Shown piece after piece: positions 29,318-38,677 of a DNA stretch of 64,000 bases; the first letter of the stretch is position 1; each line of letters starts with the position of its first letter. The position numbers and the translations under genes are program-made. The stretch is taken from positions 16,932 through 80,931 of the forward strand of contig JBAYLC010000004.1 in assembly GCA_041664245.1 (NCBI GenBank), in the 5' to 3' direction. A model generated the notes under the pieces. It did no database searches and was not told the origin of the DNA. It saw only the letters and a program-made list of their open reading frames with translations. This DNA is from Minisyncoccota bacterium (GTDB lineage: Bacteria > Patescibacteriota > Minisyncoccia > UBA6257 > 2-01-FULL-56-20).

Positions 29318-30070
29318 TTACTTGCTTCCACTACTTCTTCTCATTCGATAAAAACTAGCCGGTCCTCCGCTTCCAACCCGCTCAACCGATCCCTTGTCGA
29401 TAAGTTTCTGAAGATCATACCTAAGAGTCCTCTCGCTTGATTCTGGTATAATCTCTTGAATATCCTTTAATCGGCAATACCCGCTTTGCCGAATTTTGCC
29501 CAATATTGCCGATTGCCGCATTTCTCCCCCTATCACCGATAGAGAAGAGTCATCGATGTCATTCTTTTTTGCCGGCAAAAGGCTATCAATATCAAATCTA
29601 ACTCCTTGGGAAAGCTTGATAGCGTCCCCTTTGATATTATGCTCGTCATTAACAACAACTCTACTTGGGAAAAAATCATTAGTACTTTCAGCGCTTTTTT
29701 GTTCAGAAACAGCCATCTCCAATTTTTCTTTTGAAAAAATTCCCCCTAAATCAATCACGTCATTTCTTTTCGCGTCATTAATATGCTCCTCGATTAATTT
29801 GGTAAGTCTATCTATTTCTCCATTTAAAATCTGAAAATTTTGGTCGCTTATGAGGCCCATTTCCAGGCCAATTTTTAATTTATGGCCAACACTACCCAAT
29901 ATTTTGACCACTTCCCCACAATCAAAAAAATGAGCTTTTTCTATTAGTTCTAATGAGTCTTTTTGAAGATGTCGGGAAAAATCAAAACTAGCACAACTCG
30001 CCGCCAACCGACCCAAAGCGTAACTAATCTCAAAACATTTTTTTACCAAGAAAGCTTGAAAATTATCCAC
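29318..30070 (-). CDS. Hypothetical protein with N-terminal helical bundle and C-terminal DeoR-type winged HTH
   Basis: RQSAILGKIRQSG...SERTLRYDLQKLIDKGSVERVGSG; GTG start 8 nt after TATACT, with TTGACT 18 bp upstream of that. Confidence 0.7.
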   Translation of the reverse strand: MDNFQAFLVKKCFEISYALGRLAASCASFDFSRHLQKDSLELIEKAHFFDCGEVVKILGSVGHKLKIGLEMGLISDQNFQILNGEIDRLTKLIEEHINDAKRNDVIDLGGIFSKEKLEMAVSEQKSAESTNDFFPSRVVVNDEHNIKGDAIKLSQGVRFDIDSLLPAKKNDIDDSSLSVIGGEMRQSAILGKIRQSGYCRLKDIQEIIPESSERTLRYDLQKLIDKGSVERVGSGGPASFYRMRRSSGSK

Positions 30071-30123
30071 AACAAAAGAGTATAGTCAGCGCTGTTAAAT
30101 AAAGTCAACTCACCGGCAATCCC

Positions 30124-30912
30124 CTATTCTTGAACAAGCTTATTTCCCAAAAACGTTTCCGCTTTTTTTACTCCATCTAAATTTCCGCAATCAAACCTAT
30201 TTCCTTCAAATTCTATCCCGCAAACCTCCCCTCCTTGGTCCATATGCTTAGTAAATCCGATGTTAATAAACAAACAATCCTTTCCCTTCTCCGTCATCTT
30301 TCTCTCTTCTTCTTTTAGATAATCAATAATTTCTGCTGTAAGTAAATATCCGCCAATTACCGTAAAATCAGAAGGTGCCTCCTCTGCTTTTGGGTGTTCA
30401 ACAAGTCCCCGCACCCTATAAACCCTTCCTTCTTTTTGTTCTAACTGGACAACCCCATAATTCGAGATTAATTCATGTGGCATTTTTTCCAAACTGAAAA
30501 ACGGCGTTTGATATTTACGAAACAAATCACTAAAAGTTTTCAAAAGTGATGGTTGGCTAAGTAAAAGATCGTCTGGATAACGAACAATAAAAGGATCCGG
30601 ATAAACTACGTCATAAGCCTTAAACACCGCATCCCCGCTTCCAAAAGGTCCATCCTGAAATCGTAAATGGAACCTCAATTTCTTGAAGTCGTCTTTTATT
30701 TTTTTTAAATAATTCCCAATCGTCTCTTCTTGCGATTTACAAATAACCACCACTACCTCCTCAATTTCGGTGTCCAGTGTTTCTTCGAGCGCGTAGTAAA
30801 GCAATTCTTTTCCGGCCACCTTAATTAAGGCCTTTGGCGTATTAAGAGTGAGCGGCATGAGCCGCTCCCCTCTTCCCGCTACCGGCAAGACTAACTTCGT
30901 AATCTTGACCAT
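30124..30912 (-). CDS. Sugar-phosphate nucleotidyltransferase (GalU-like)
   Basis: PVAGRGERLMPLT..PKAL, GSGDAV, NYGVV, VEHPKAEEAPSD, FDCGN. Confidence 0.8.
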   Translation of the reverse strand: MVKITKLVLPVAGRGERLMPLTLNTPKALIKVAGKELLYYALEETLDTEIEEVVVVICKSQEETIGNYLKKIKDDFKKLRFHLRFQDGPFGSGDAVFKAYDVVYPDPFIVRYPDDLLLSQPSLLKTFSDLFRKYQTPFFSLEKMPHELISNYGVVQLEQKEGRVYRVRGLVEHPKAEEAPSDFTVIGGYLLTAEIIDYLKEEERKMTEKGKDCLFINIGFTKHMDQGGEVCGIEFEGNRFDCGNLDGVKKAETFLGNKLVQE

Positions 30913-30960
30913 AAAAAATATTACTTAAATATAGAATAAAAAAAGCGAATAAGCCAGCTA

Positions 30961-31698
30961 CTACAAGCCCCAACTCGCCGCCGAAAAAATAAAAACAAAA
31001 AATGTTGCTGCGATTGAGAGTTCAATTAAAATTTTATTTCTAGAAATTGTTTCGTTATAAAAATCACTCATCATCTCCAAAAAAATAACGAAAATAAAAA
31101 ATAGTGAAAGTAATTTATAAATACTAGCCACCGGTAGGATCATTAAAGTTACTATCACCTGCCAAAGTAAAAATCCTGCCAGCCCAAAAACCATAAAATT
31201 CCTTCTCCTTCCTTCTTCCGTCACTACATTAATATGAAGCGGCGCTCTCCCTTCCGTTACAGCTACCCGAAGCGCCGTTAAACAAAAAACCACCAAAACC
31301 ACTGACCAAAAAATAAATCGGAATGACAGCCAATTATTAAAACCAAAAAACAGGACTAGCGCTCCCAAAAAGACCAACAGAAAACTAAGTAATTGAAAAT
31401 TAGTTTTTCGATCAATTAAAACTAAATCTTTAACGCCAAAAAGGAAGTACAGGGCCAAACCGAAAACCACCGCCATGAAGAAACTTCCTTGCCACAAAGA
31501 AAGGGAAGCGAAAAACATAATCGCCAAAAACGGTATTAAAAACCTCATCGGCCGAAAAGAAGGGAAAAAATAAACCGCCAGGCTTAAAATTAAAAAAATA
31601 GGGAAAGGTAGAAAAAACCAAACCAGCCCCAACGCCACCGCCTTAGCTATTAAATACCAATGCGTTCGCTTTAAAATTGACTTTAACTTTTCCTCCAT
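30961..31698 (-). CDS. Hypothetical multi-pass membrane protein
   Basis: About 8 hydrophobic helices; the start overlaps the clpB 3' end. Confidence 0.7.
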   Translation of the reverse strand: MEEKLKSILKRTHWYLIAKAVALGLVWFFLPFPIFLILSLAVYFFPSFRPMRFLIPFLAIMFFASLSLWQGSFFMAVVFGLALYFLFGVKDLVLIDRKTNFQLLSFLLVFLGALVLFFGFNNWLSFRFIFWSVVLVVFCLTALRVAVTEGRAPLHINVVTEEGRRRNFMVFGLAGFLLWQVIVTLMILPVASIYKLLSLFFIFVIFLEMMSDFYNETISRNKILIELSIAATFFVFIFSAASWGL

Positions 31699-34294
31699 CT
31701 TTTAACTCTCCCTTAATTATCCGATCGGCCAGCTTATCCAAGATAACCTTTTGAATCAAACGCTTTAGCGGCCGCGCTCCAAACTCCGGGCTGAATCCTT
31801 CCTTGGCTAAATATCGCCTCGCCGCTTCATCAACCGAAATCTTTATCTTGCTTTTTGAAAGCCGCTTCTCAATTAGCTTAAATTGAATATCCACTATTTT
31901 CTCGATATCTTCAAGTTTTAGCGATTCAAAAATTACAACTTCATCTATTCGATTTAAAAACTCCGGCCGAAAACCCTCTTTTAGAGCCCCCATCACCTTA
32001 TCCTTATAATCCGCATGGTCTGAATCGCCTTCTTCGCCGTCACCTGCCTTTTCCGCTCCAAAACCAAACCGCGCCGCCGAGCGGAGATACTGGCTGCCTA
32101 AATTAGAAGTCATTATAATAATTGAATTTCTGAAGTTAACAAACTTACCCTTACTATCCGTCAACCTTCCATCATCTAAAATTTGCAAGAGAAGATTAAA
32201 AACTTCCGGATGAGCTTTTTCGATCTCATCAAATAGAATTAAACTATAGGGCCTGTGTCGGAGCGCCTCAGTTAACTGTCCTCCCTCTTCATAACCCACA
32301 TAACCCGGCGGCGAGCCAATCAACCTGGCCGTCGCGTGCCGTTCCATATATTCCGACATGTCAAACCGAACCAGCGCTTTATCGTCGTTAAACATAAACT
32401 CTGCGAGCGCTCTGGCTAATTCTGTTTTTCCGACTCCGGTTGGACCCAAAAACATAAACGAACCTAGAGGCCGATTCTCGTCCGAAAGGCCGGCTCTCGC
32501 CCTTCTGAGCGCGTTTGAAACCGCTTTAATCGCCTCGGTCTGACCTACCACTCGCATTCCAAGAACCTCTTCTATTTTTGTTAATTTCTCGCCTTCTGAT
32601 TCAAGCATCCTCTGAAGTGGGATCCCCGTCCAACTCGAAACAATCGCCGCGATATCCTCTTTATCAACCATTTCTTTAAGAAACTTATCTTTACTTTTTA
32701 CTCCTTTCTTTTTTTGAGCTCCGCCGAAATGTTTTTTCTCAAAGCTTTCATACTCTTTTTGCGCTTGCGGCAATTCCCCGTAAATAATCTGCGCCACCCG
32801 CTCCAAGCTCCCACTTCGCTCCGCCACCTCCGCCTCTCTTTTTAGATTTTCAACTTTTTGCCGAAACTCATGCAAATTTTCAAAAACAATTTTTTCCGAA
32901 TGCCACTTCCCCGAGAGTTCATCATTAGTTAATTTTAGATTCTTTAATTCTTTCTCGATTTCTTTGATTCGAGAATTTTCTTCCGCCCCCTCTTTCATTA
33001 AGGCCTGTTTTTCAATTTCCAATTTTGTAATTTCGTGCCGGACCTTATCAATCTCTTTAGGCAAGCTCTCACTCTCCAGTCGCCGCGCCGCCATCGCTTC
33101 GTCAATCAAATCCACCGCTTTGTCCGGCAAAAATCGATCAGTAATATATCGAGCCGACAAATTTACCGCTTCCACAATCGCCTCGTCGCTGATTCTGATT
33201 CCATGATGAATTTCATATTTTTCTTTAAGCCCTCGCAAAATCGAGATACTGTCTTCAATTGACGGTTCATCAACCATAATTGGCTGGAACCGCCTCTCAA
33301 GCGCCGGATCTTTTTCAATATAATGTTGGTATTCCCTAATCGTTGTCGCCCCGACGGCATGAAGCTCGCCTCGCGCCAGTGCCGGCTTCAATAAATTCGA
33401 AGCGTCCACCGCTCCTTCGGCCGCTCCCGCTCCAACGATAGTGTGGATCTCATCAATAAATAGAATAATCCGTCCGCTTTCCTTTTTTACCTCCTTTATG
33501 AAGGCTTTAAGCCGATCCTCAAACTCTCCTCTAAATTTGGTTCCAGCAATAAGTGCTCCCAAATCGAGCATCACCACTTCCTTGTCCTTTAACGGCTCTG
33601 GAACATTGCCCGCCACAATTCTTTGGGCTAGACCCTCCACAATTGCCGTCTTTCCCACTCCCGGCTCGCCGATTAAAACCGGATTATTCTTTGTCCGCCT
33701 CGAAAGAACCTGGATCACTCTTCTTAATTCCTCTTCCCGGCCAATCACCGGATCCAATTCGCCCGCTCTCGCCCGCTCGGTAACATTAATCGCGTACTTC
33801 TCCAAAACTTGAAATTTATTTTCCGGAGTCTCGTCTGTCACCCGCACTGAACCCTTTAGTTGCGCCAGGATTCTCAACACTGATTCCCGCCGCAATCCGA
33901 ATTGTTTCAATATCTCCTGAGTAGAAGATGAAATTTCTAAAATCGCCAAAAGTAAATGCTCACAAGAAATAAATTCATCTTTTTGTTGTGCGGCAATCTT
34001 AGCGGCCTGGTCTAAAATCTGCATCAGCTCCTGCGAAAGATAAAGTTGGCTCACGCTTGAACCACTCACCAATTTCGGCAAGTGTTCCAACTCCGCCTCT
34101 ATCTGTTGATGAAGTTTTTCCAAATTGATTCCCGATCTAACCAAAACCGGCTGGACTAGCGATTGAGAATCCTCAAGAAGCGAGGAAAGCAAATGCAACG
34201 ATTTTAACTCGCCGTGGTTCATTCGCGCCGCTAACTCTTGCGCATTCTGCAATGATTCTTGAGCTTTAATTGTGAAACGATGAAAACTGGCCAT
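31643..34294 (-). CDS. clpB: ATP-dependent chaperone ClpB
   Basis: Clp N-domain, Walker A GEPGVGKT and GPTGVGKT, coiled-coil M domain, GSPPGYVGYEEGG, GARPLKR (ORF-track start 34309). Confidence 0.95.
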   Translation of the reverse strand: MASFHRFTIKAQESLQNAQELAARMNHGELKSLHLLSSLLEDSQSLVQPVLVRSGINLEKLHQQIEAELEHLPKLVSGSSVSQLYLSQELMQILDQAAKIAAQQKDEFISCEHLLLAILEISSSTQEILKQFGLRRESVLRILAQLKGSVRVTDETPENKFQVLEKYAINVTERARAGELDPVIGREEELRRVIQVLSRRTKNNPVLIGEPGVGKTAIVEGLAQRIVAGNVPEPLKDKEVVMLDLGALIAGTKFRGEFEDRLKAFIKEVKKESGRIILFIDEIHTIVGAGAAEGAVDASNLLKPALARGELHAVGATTIREYQHYIEKDPALERRFQPIMVDEPSIEDSISILRGLKEKYEIHHGIRISDEAIVEAVNLSARYITDRFLPDKAVDLIDEAMAARRLESESLPKEIDKVRHEITKLEIEKQALMKEGAEENSRIKEIEKELKNLKLTNDELSGKWHSEKIVFENLHEFRQKVENLKREAEVAERSGSLERVAQIIYGELPQAQKEYESFEKKHFGGAQKKKGVKSKDKFLKEMVDKEDIAAIVSSWTGIPLQRMLESEGEKLTKIEEVLGMRVVGQTEAIKAVSNALRRARAGLSDENRPLGSFMFLGPTGVGKTELARALAEFMFNDDKALVRFDMSEYMERHATARLIGSPPGYVGYEEGGQLTEALRHRPYSLILFDEIEKAHPEVFNLLLQILDDGRLTDSKGKFVNFRNSIIIMTSNLGSQYLRSAARFGFGAEKAGDGEEGDSDHADYKDKVMGALKEGFRPEFLNRIDEVVIFESLKLEDIEKIVDIQFKLIEKRLSKSKIKISVDEAARRYLAKEGFSPEFGARPLKRLIQKVILDKLADRIIKGELKDGGKVKVNFKANALVFNS

Positions 34295-34376
34295 TAATTT
34301 ATAAATCAAGTCCGAAAATCCTCGCGGCTATCCGCGATTAAATTCAAATCTGACTGTTATTTTCCTGATTATATCA

Positions 34377-35663
34377 CTATTCCGGTCTCTTGCCAAGAGT
34401 AACGCTAAGTGTTATTTCTTTCCCTCCCCGGTTTATTTTTAAAGTAACTCGGTCGCCAACATTGAACTCCGAAATTAAATCACTAAAAACATGGTCTTTA
34501 TCTATCTTTTTTCCGTTCGCCTCCAAAATAATATCTTCCGCCTGAATTCCCGCCTTAGCTCCCGGTGAGTTTAGCTCCACCGCTGGTCCGTCTTCGTTGC
34601 CTCTAACCAACGCTCCGTAATCAACCGGCAATTTATTTTTAGTCGCTAAATCTGTTGTTACTGTCATATATCTCACTCCCACATACGGCGCTTGAATCGT
34701 CCCGCCTGATTTTACCGATTGAATGTCTCTCTTGGCTCTATTAATAGGAATCGCAAAGCCGATGTTTTGGGCGTCTGAAGCAATCGCCGTATTTATTCCA
34801 ACTACCTCACCTCGCAAATTCAAGAGCGGTCCGCCGGAATTTCCCGGATTGATTGCCGCATCGGTTTGAATCACTCCGGAAATTGTCTCTGTCGTTCCCC
34901 CCCCCGAAGCCGTCACCGTTCGTGCTAAACCGGAAATTACCCCAGAAGAAACCGTATTTCTAAATTCGCCAAGCGCGTTTCCAATTGCAATCGCCGTCTG
35001 GCCAAGCTGCAAACTATCCGAATCACCGATAGTCACAGTTGGCAGTCCGCTCGCGTTAATCTTTACCACCGCCAAATCTTGCGCCGGATCTCGAGCTAAC
35101 ACCGTCGCGTCATATTTTTTCCCGTCATTGGTAAAAACTGTGTATGAAGCCTTTGTGTCTGCCACTACATGCTTATTGGTTAAAATCAAGCCGTTTGAAG
35201 AAATAATAAACCCGCTCCCACCTCCTACCTCCTGAAATTTGGTTCCTTTCTGGCAGGGCTGGGAAAATTGCGGAAAATCATTGCCAAAAAACTGCTGGAA
35301 CTCCGGTGGCAATCCTCCAAACGGATCCACCGGACAATTTTCAATAATCGGCACATTTTTCGAAACCGTAATCGCCACGACCGCCGGTGACGTCTTTTTA
35401 ACCGCTGCCACCACCGCTTGTTCATAATCAAGCGCCGGTTTATAAAGCGGAACCTGCACCCCCGAATTAGATGAATTATCGCCATTAGTAGTCTGTTCTG
35501 TCTGATTGCCTCCAGAAAAAGGTTTTGTCACGCTATTCCATAAATTCGAAAAGAAGTCGGCTCGCGCCATCGGCGCCCCGACGGTTGAGCCAATTAAATA
35601 ACTAATCAAAAGGAGCGCCACCACCACTCCTAACGCTTTTAAATTTGGTGAAATTTTATTCAT
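34377..35663 (-). CDS. htrA: HtrA/DegP-family serine protease with one PDZ domain
   Basis: GSGFII..LTNKHVV, DLAVVK, TDAAINPGNSGGPL; N-terminal TM. Confidence 0.93.
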   Translation of the reverse strand: MNKISPNLKALGVVVALLLISYLIGSTVGAPMARADFFSNLWNSVTKPFSGGNQTEQTTNGDNSSNSGVQVPLYKPALDYEQAVVAAVKKTSPAVVAITVSKNVPIIENCPVDPFGGLPPEFQQFFGNDFPQFSQPCQKGTKFQEVGGGSGFIISSNGLILTNKHVVADTKASYTVFTNDGKKYDATVLARDPAQDLAVVKINASGLPTVTIGDSDSLQLGQTAIAIGNALGEFRNTVSSGVISGLARTVTASGGGTTETISGVIQTDAAINPGNSGGPLLNLRGEVVGINTAIASDAQNIGFAIPINRAKRDIQSVKSGGTIQAPYVGVRYMTVTTDLATKNKLPVDYGALVRGNEDGPAVELNSPGAKAGIQAEDIILEANGKKIDKDHVFSDLISEFNVGDRVTLKINRGGKEITLSVTLGKRPE

Positions 35664-35675
35664 ACTTATATTTCA

Positions 35676-35708
35676 TTCGAACGTTTCGAACAACTCGAAC
35701 TTCGAACA
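35676..35708. repeat. Four TCGAAC direct repeats between the iscS stop and the htrA start
   Basis: ttcgaacg tttcgaaca actcgaac ttcgaaca. Confidence 0.6.
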
Positions 35709-35713
35709 ATTGT

Positions 35714-37015
35714 TTATTTTTTCAGCCGACTAATTAAATTTTTAAAAATCTTTATGGTTGTGTCAATCTCTTTTTTTGTGGTTGGCCACCCCAGGCTAAA
35801 TCTTATGCTCCTTCGCGCCCTCTCCTCACTATAACCCAACGCTGTAATCACATGAGAAACTTTTGCCGCCCTACTAGAACATGCCGAACCCGAAGAAACC
35901 GCCACTCCCGCCAAATCAAATCCAATCATTACCTCTTCCGCCTTATAATCCGGAAAATAAACATTCAATATATTCGGCAACTGACCGAAATTTTTTATCT
36001 TCGTGTCATTCGCGTTTTTTCGTGTCATTCGTGTCGGAACACCATTAATTTCCGCCTTCGAATAGATCTTCTTAATCCCACTCCATAAACGTTTTTTCAA
36101 TTCTAAAATCCGCCTCACTTCTTTCTCTCTATTTTTTTCCACCAACTCTACCACCTTTCCAAAACCAACAATATTCGGCACATTCTCCGTCCCCGATCTA
36201 AGTCCGAATTCCTGCCCTCCCCCGCTTACAATCGCCGAAATGAAAGGGTTCCCTAAATTATTATTTTTTATATAGAGCGCTCCGACTCCCTTCGGCCCAT
36301 AGATCTTATGCGCCGAGATAGTCATCAGATCCACTCCTAAATTATTTACGTTACAGTCTAAAAATTGTAACGCTTGAACGGCATCGGTATGAAAAAACGG
36401 GAATAATGAATTATGAATCTGGAATTTAGAATTTCCCACTGATTCTTTATTCCTAATTCCCAATTCTTCGCGGAAATCTCCGATGATTCTTGATATTTCC
36501 ACAATCGGCTGAATCGTCCCAATCTCGTTATTCGCATACATTATAGAAACAAAAACCGTTCGCTCATTTAGAATCTCTTTCAACTTCTTTAAATCCACAA
36601 TTCCGTTTTTATTAACTGGAATAATAATCACTTCTACCCCTTTTTTTTCGAGCGCTCGCACCGTCTCTAGAACTGATTCATGCTCAACCGCCGAGATTAT
36701 CAATCGCGGCTTCCAATCACCTGACACATGATACTTGATACCTGATACTAAACCTCGCAACACAAGATTGTTCGCCTCCGTCGCCGATCCCGTAAAAACA
36801 ACCTCCCGGAACTCGGCGCCAATCGCCTTGGCGATTATCTCTCGGCTCAAATCAACCGCCCCAATCGCTTCTTGTCCGAAACTATGAAGCGAACCCGGAT
36901 TCCCAAACTTCGCGCCAAAATACGGCCTCATTGCTTGAAACACTTTTTCGTCCACCGGCGTCGTCGCCGCATAATCTAGAAAAATCCTTCTTACGTTAGA
37001 ACCAATCTCCTTCAT
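35714..37015 (-). CDS. iscS: Cysteine desulfurase (IscS/NifS group I) with low-complexity insertions
   Basis: FLDYAATTPV, GNPGSLH, SATEANN, HTDAVQA, SAHKIYGPKGVG, RSGTENV, SSGSACSS (ORF-track start 37039). Confidence 0.9.
   Translation of the reverse strand: MKEIGSNVRRIFLDYAATTPVDEKVFQAMRPYFGAKFGNPGSLHSFGQEAIGAVDLSREIIAKAIGAEFREVVFTGSATEANNLVLRGLVSGIKYHVSGDWKPRLIISAVEHESVLETVRALEKKGVEVIIIPVNKNGIVDLKKLKEILNERTVFVSIMYANNEIGTIQPIVEISRIIGDFREELGIRNKESVGNSKFQIHNSLFPFFHTDAVQALQFLDCNVNNLGVDLMTISAHKIYGPKGVGALYIKNNNLGNPFISAIVSGGGQEFGLRSGTENVPNIVGFGKVVELVEKNREKEVRRILELKKRLWSGIKKIYSKAEINGVPTRMTRKNANDTKIKNFGQLPNILNVYFPDYKAEEVMIGFDLAGVAVSSGSACSSRAAKVSHVITALGYSEERARRSIRFSLGWPTTKKEIDTTIKIFKNLISRLKK
36401..36468. 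repeat. Inverted heptamer array inside iscS
   Basis: gaataat gaattat gaatctg gaattta gaatttc -ccact- gattctt tattcct aattccc aattctt. Confidence 0.75.
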
Positions 37016-37025
37016 AAAAGCGGTG

Positions 37026-38054
37026 TTATATAGAGACACAATAGTGCTTCAAGTTATCAGAACAATCAAGCCCCATAAAATCTGGTTTATTTATACTGCT
37101 CTCCCTTTGGAAATTTAAAGTAGCCCTTAAAACGTAATGTTTACCATCTTCACCCAGAACATAATCAAAATTACGCTCCGGAAAATAAGCTATGCCAATA
37201 TCGCTGCCCTTTAAAATTATCCCCAATTCACTCGCATTAATTGATTGGCCATCAAAACCCAAGCACGTTCCCGTTGTTTCTTTAAAACCGGGATAGTACT
37301 CACATTTTGAAAAATAAAGTTCCAAGCCGTTTTGAATTTGTCTTAAATCAGAAACCGCTCGGGCGTCCTGACGCTTAAGTGGTTCGTCCTTATTTTGCTT
37401 AGCTAAAAAAGTTGCAAAAATAAAAAGAATGACAACAGCGCCGATAAAACAAAATATCTTAAACAATTTTCTATATCTATGCCCACCTATCCCCCCTATA
37501 TTGTCGTTTTCTTTTTTTGTTTTGAGAAAATCCAACAAACCTCGGTCGATAAAATAATAAATTACCAAAAATGCCAATATAATACTTGGAAAAATAAAAA
37601 AATCCGAAAACGCGAAAACAATCAAAAAAACGTAGGAAAGAATATTTATTTTCAAATCTATTCTTAATATCTCCGATATTTCTTTCTCTTTGTAAAAAAA
37701 CCATAAAATAACTCCTTCAATCAATACAGTCATTAGAAAAAGAATAAAAATTCCCTCGCTTTTCAAAAACCAAAGATTGGTGGAATAAATAATTATAGAC
37801 AACACCCCGATTAAACTCGACACAAAATTAATTAAAAAGGCAATCAGAAAACCCCGTCGATGATTTTCCTCAAATGACTTATTAATCAAGATTGCTTCAA
37901 TAATCCAAACTCCTAAAAATGCCAAAATTCCAAAAAATATTGGCAACCCCCAAAAAAATCCGACCATCATATCGGCTCTTGCAACAGACGGGAAAATCAA
38001 CCCAACAAAAATAACCGACACGATTCCAAGAAATCCAAAGTTTCTTTTGCTCAT
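37026..38054 (-). CDS. Multi-TM membrane protein with a C-terminal pilin/GspG-like domain
   Basis: 6-7 TM helices, then KRQDARAVSDLRQIQNGLELYFSKCEYYP; ATG 38054 lies 7 nt after TATAAT (ORF-track start 38063). Confidence 0.65.
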   Translation of the reverse strand: MSKRNFGFLGIVSVIFVGLIFPSVARADMMVGFFWGLPIFFGILAFLGVWIIEAILINKSFEENHRRGFLIAFLINFVSSLIGVLSIIIYSTNLWFLKSEGIFILFLMTVLIEGVILWFFYKEKEISEILRIDLKINILSYVFLIVFAFSDFFIFPSIILAFLVIYYFIDRGLLDFLKTKKENDNIGGIGGHRYRKLFKIFCFIGAVVILFIFATFLAKQNKDEPLKRQDARAVSDLRQIQNGLELYFSKCEYYPGFKETTGTCLGFDGQSINASELGIILKGSDIGIAYFPERNFDYVLGEDGKHYVLRATLNFQRESSINKPDFMGLDCSDNLKHYCVSI

Positions 38055-38069
38055 ATTATCCATTATACC

Positions 38070-38654
38070 CTAAAACAACTTCGCCTGATTATCCGCCGGC
38101 CGCAAAGCCACCCTTTGAATCTCCCCCGTTTGTCGGTCCGGAATCAAAAACGCCCCGTTTTTTAAATATAAATCATAAAGCTCTTTCGTCAGCCGAACAT
38201 CCTCTAGGCAATACTTTTTTAACTCTTCCATCTCTCCATTTTTATAAAGCTCAATTGCCTCTGCTCCCGATCTAGTTTTTGCCGTCCCCAAGTTCGCTTC
38301 CGCCAGTCGGCTTAAACTTATTCTTCTCCCAGTCGCCATCTCAATTTCATCTAATAAATCAACTCGGTCTTTTTGCCACAAATCAATATCCCTAGTCTCC
38401 GCTAAAGCTAAAAAATGATTTTGCAAAACCGGCACGTCGTATCGATTCGAACTAAAGCCGACTATCCGCCTAGCATTCCTAAAAATATCGCCCATTTGCT
38501 TCAACTCATTTTCGTCAAAACAAAAATACCTGTCTTGTATATAGGAATAAACTCCCACCACCGAAATCTGTAGCGCCTCAAAATTATTCCACCCCACCCC
38601 CGGGTCGGTAAAAAAATTCTTCGTTTCAATATCGAATACTAAAGTATCATTCAT
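38070..38654 (-). CDS. RNase H-like (YprB/DEDD-type) nuclease domain protein
   Basis: LVFDIETKN, VGFSSNRYDVPVL, YCLEDVRLT. Confidence 0.8.
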   Translation of the reverse strand: MNDTLVFDIETKNFFTDPGVGWNNFEALQISVVGVYSYIQDRYFCFDENELKQMGDIFRNARRIVGFSSNRYDVPVLQNHFLALAETRDIDLWQKDRVDLLDEIEMATGRRISLSRLAEANLGTAKTRSGAEAIELYKNGEMEELKKYCLEDVRLTKELYDLYLKNGAFLIPDRQTGEIQRVALRPADNQAKLF

Positions 38655-38677
38655 AAGTAAAATTCAAAAGGCGAAAA

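Noticed and set aside
28987-29351. Short ORFs of 60-84 aa upstream of the S-layer-like gene
   Set aside because: No recognisable motifs or start signals, and they overlap each other; better explained as a non-coding leader
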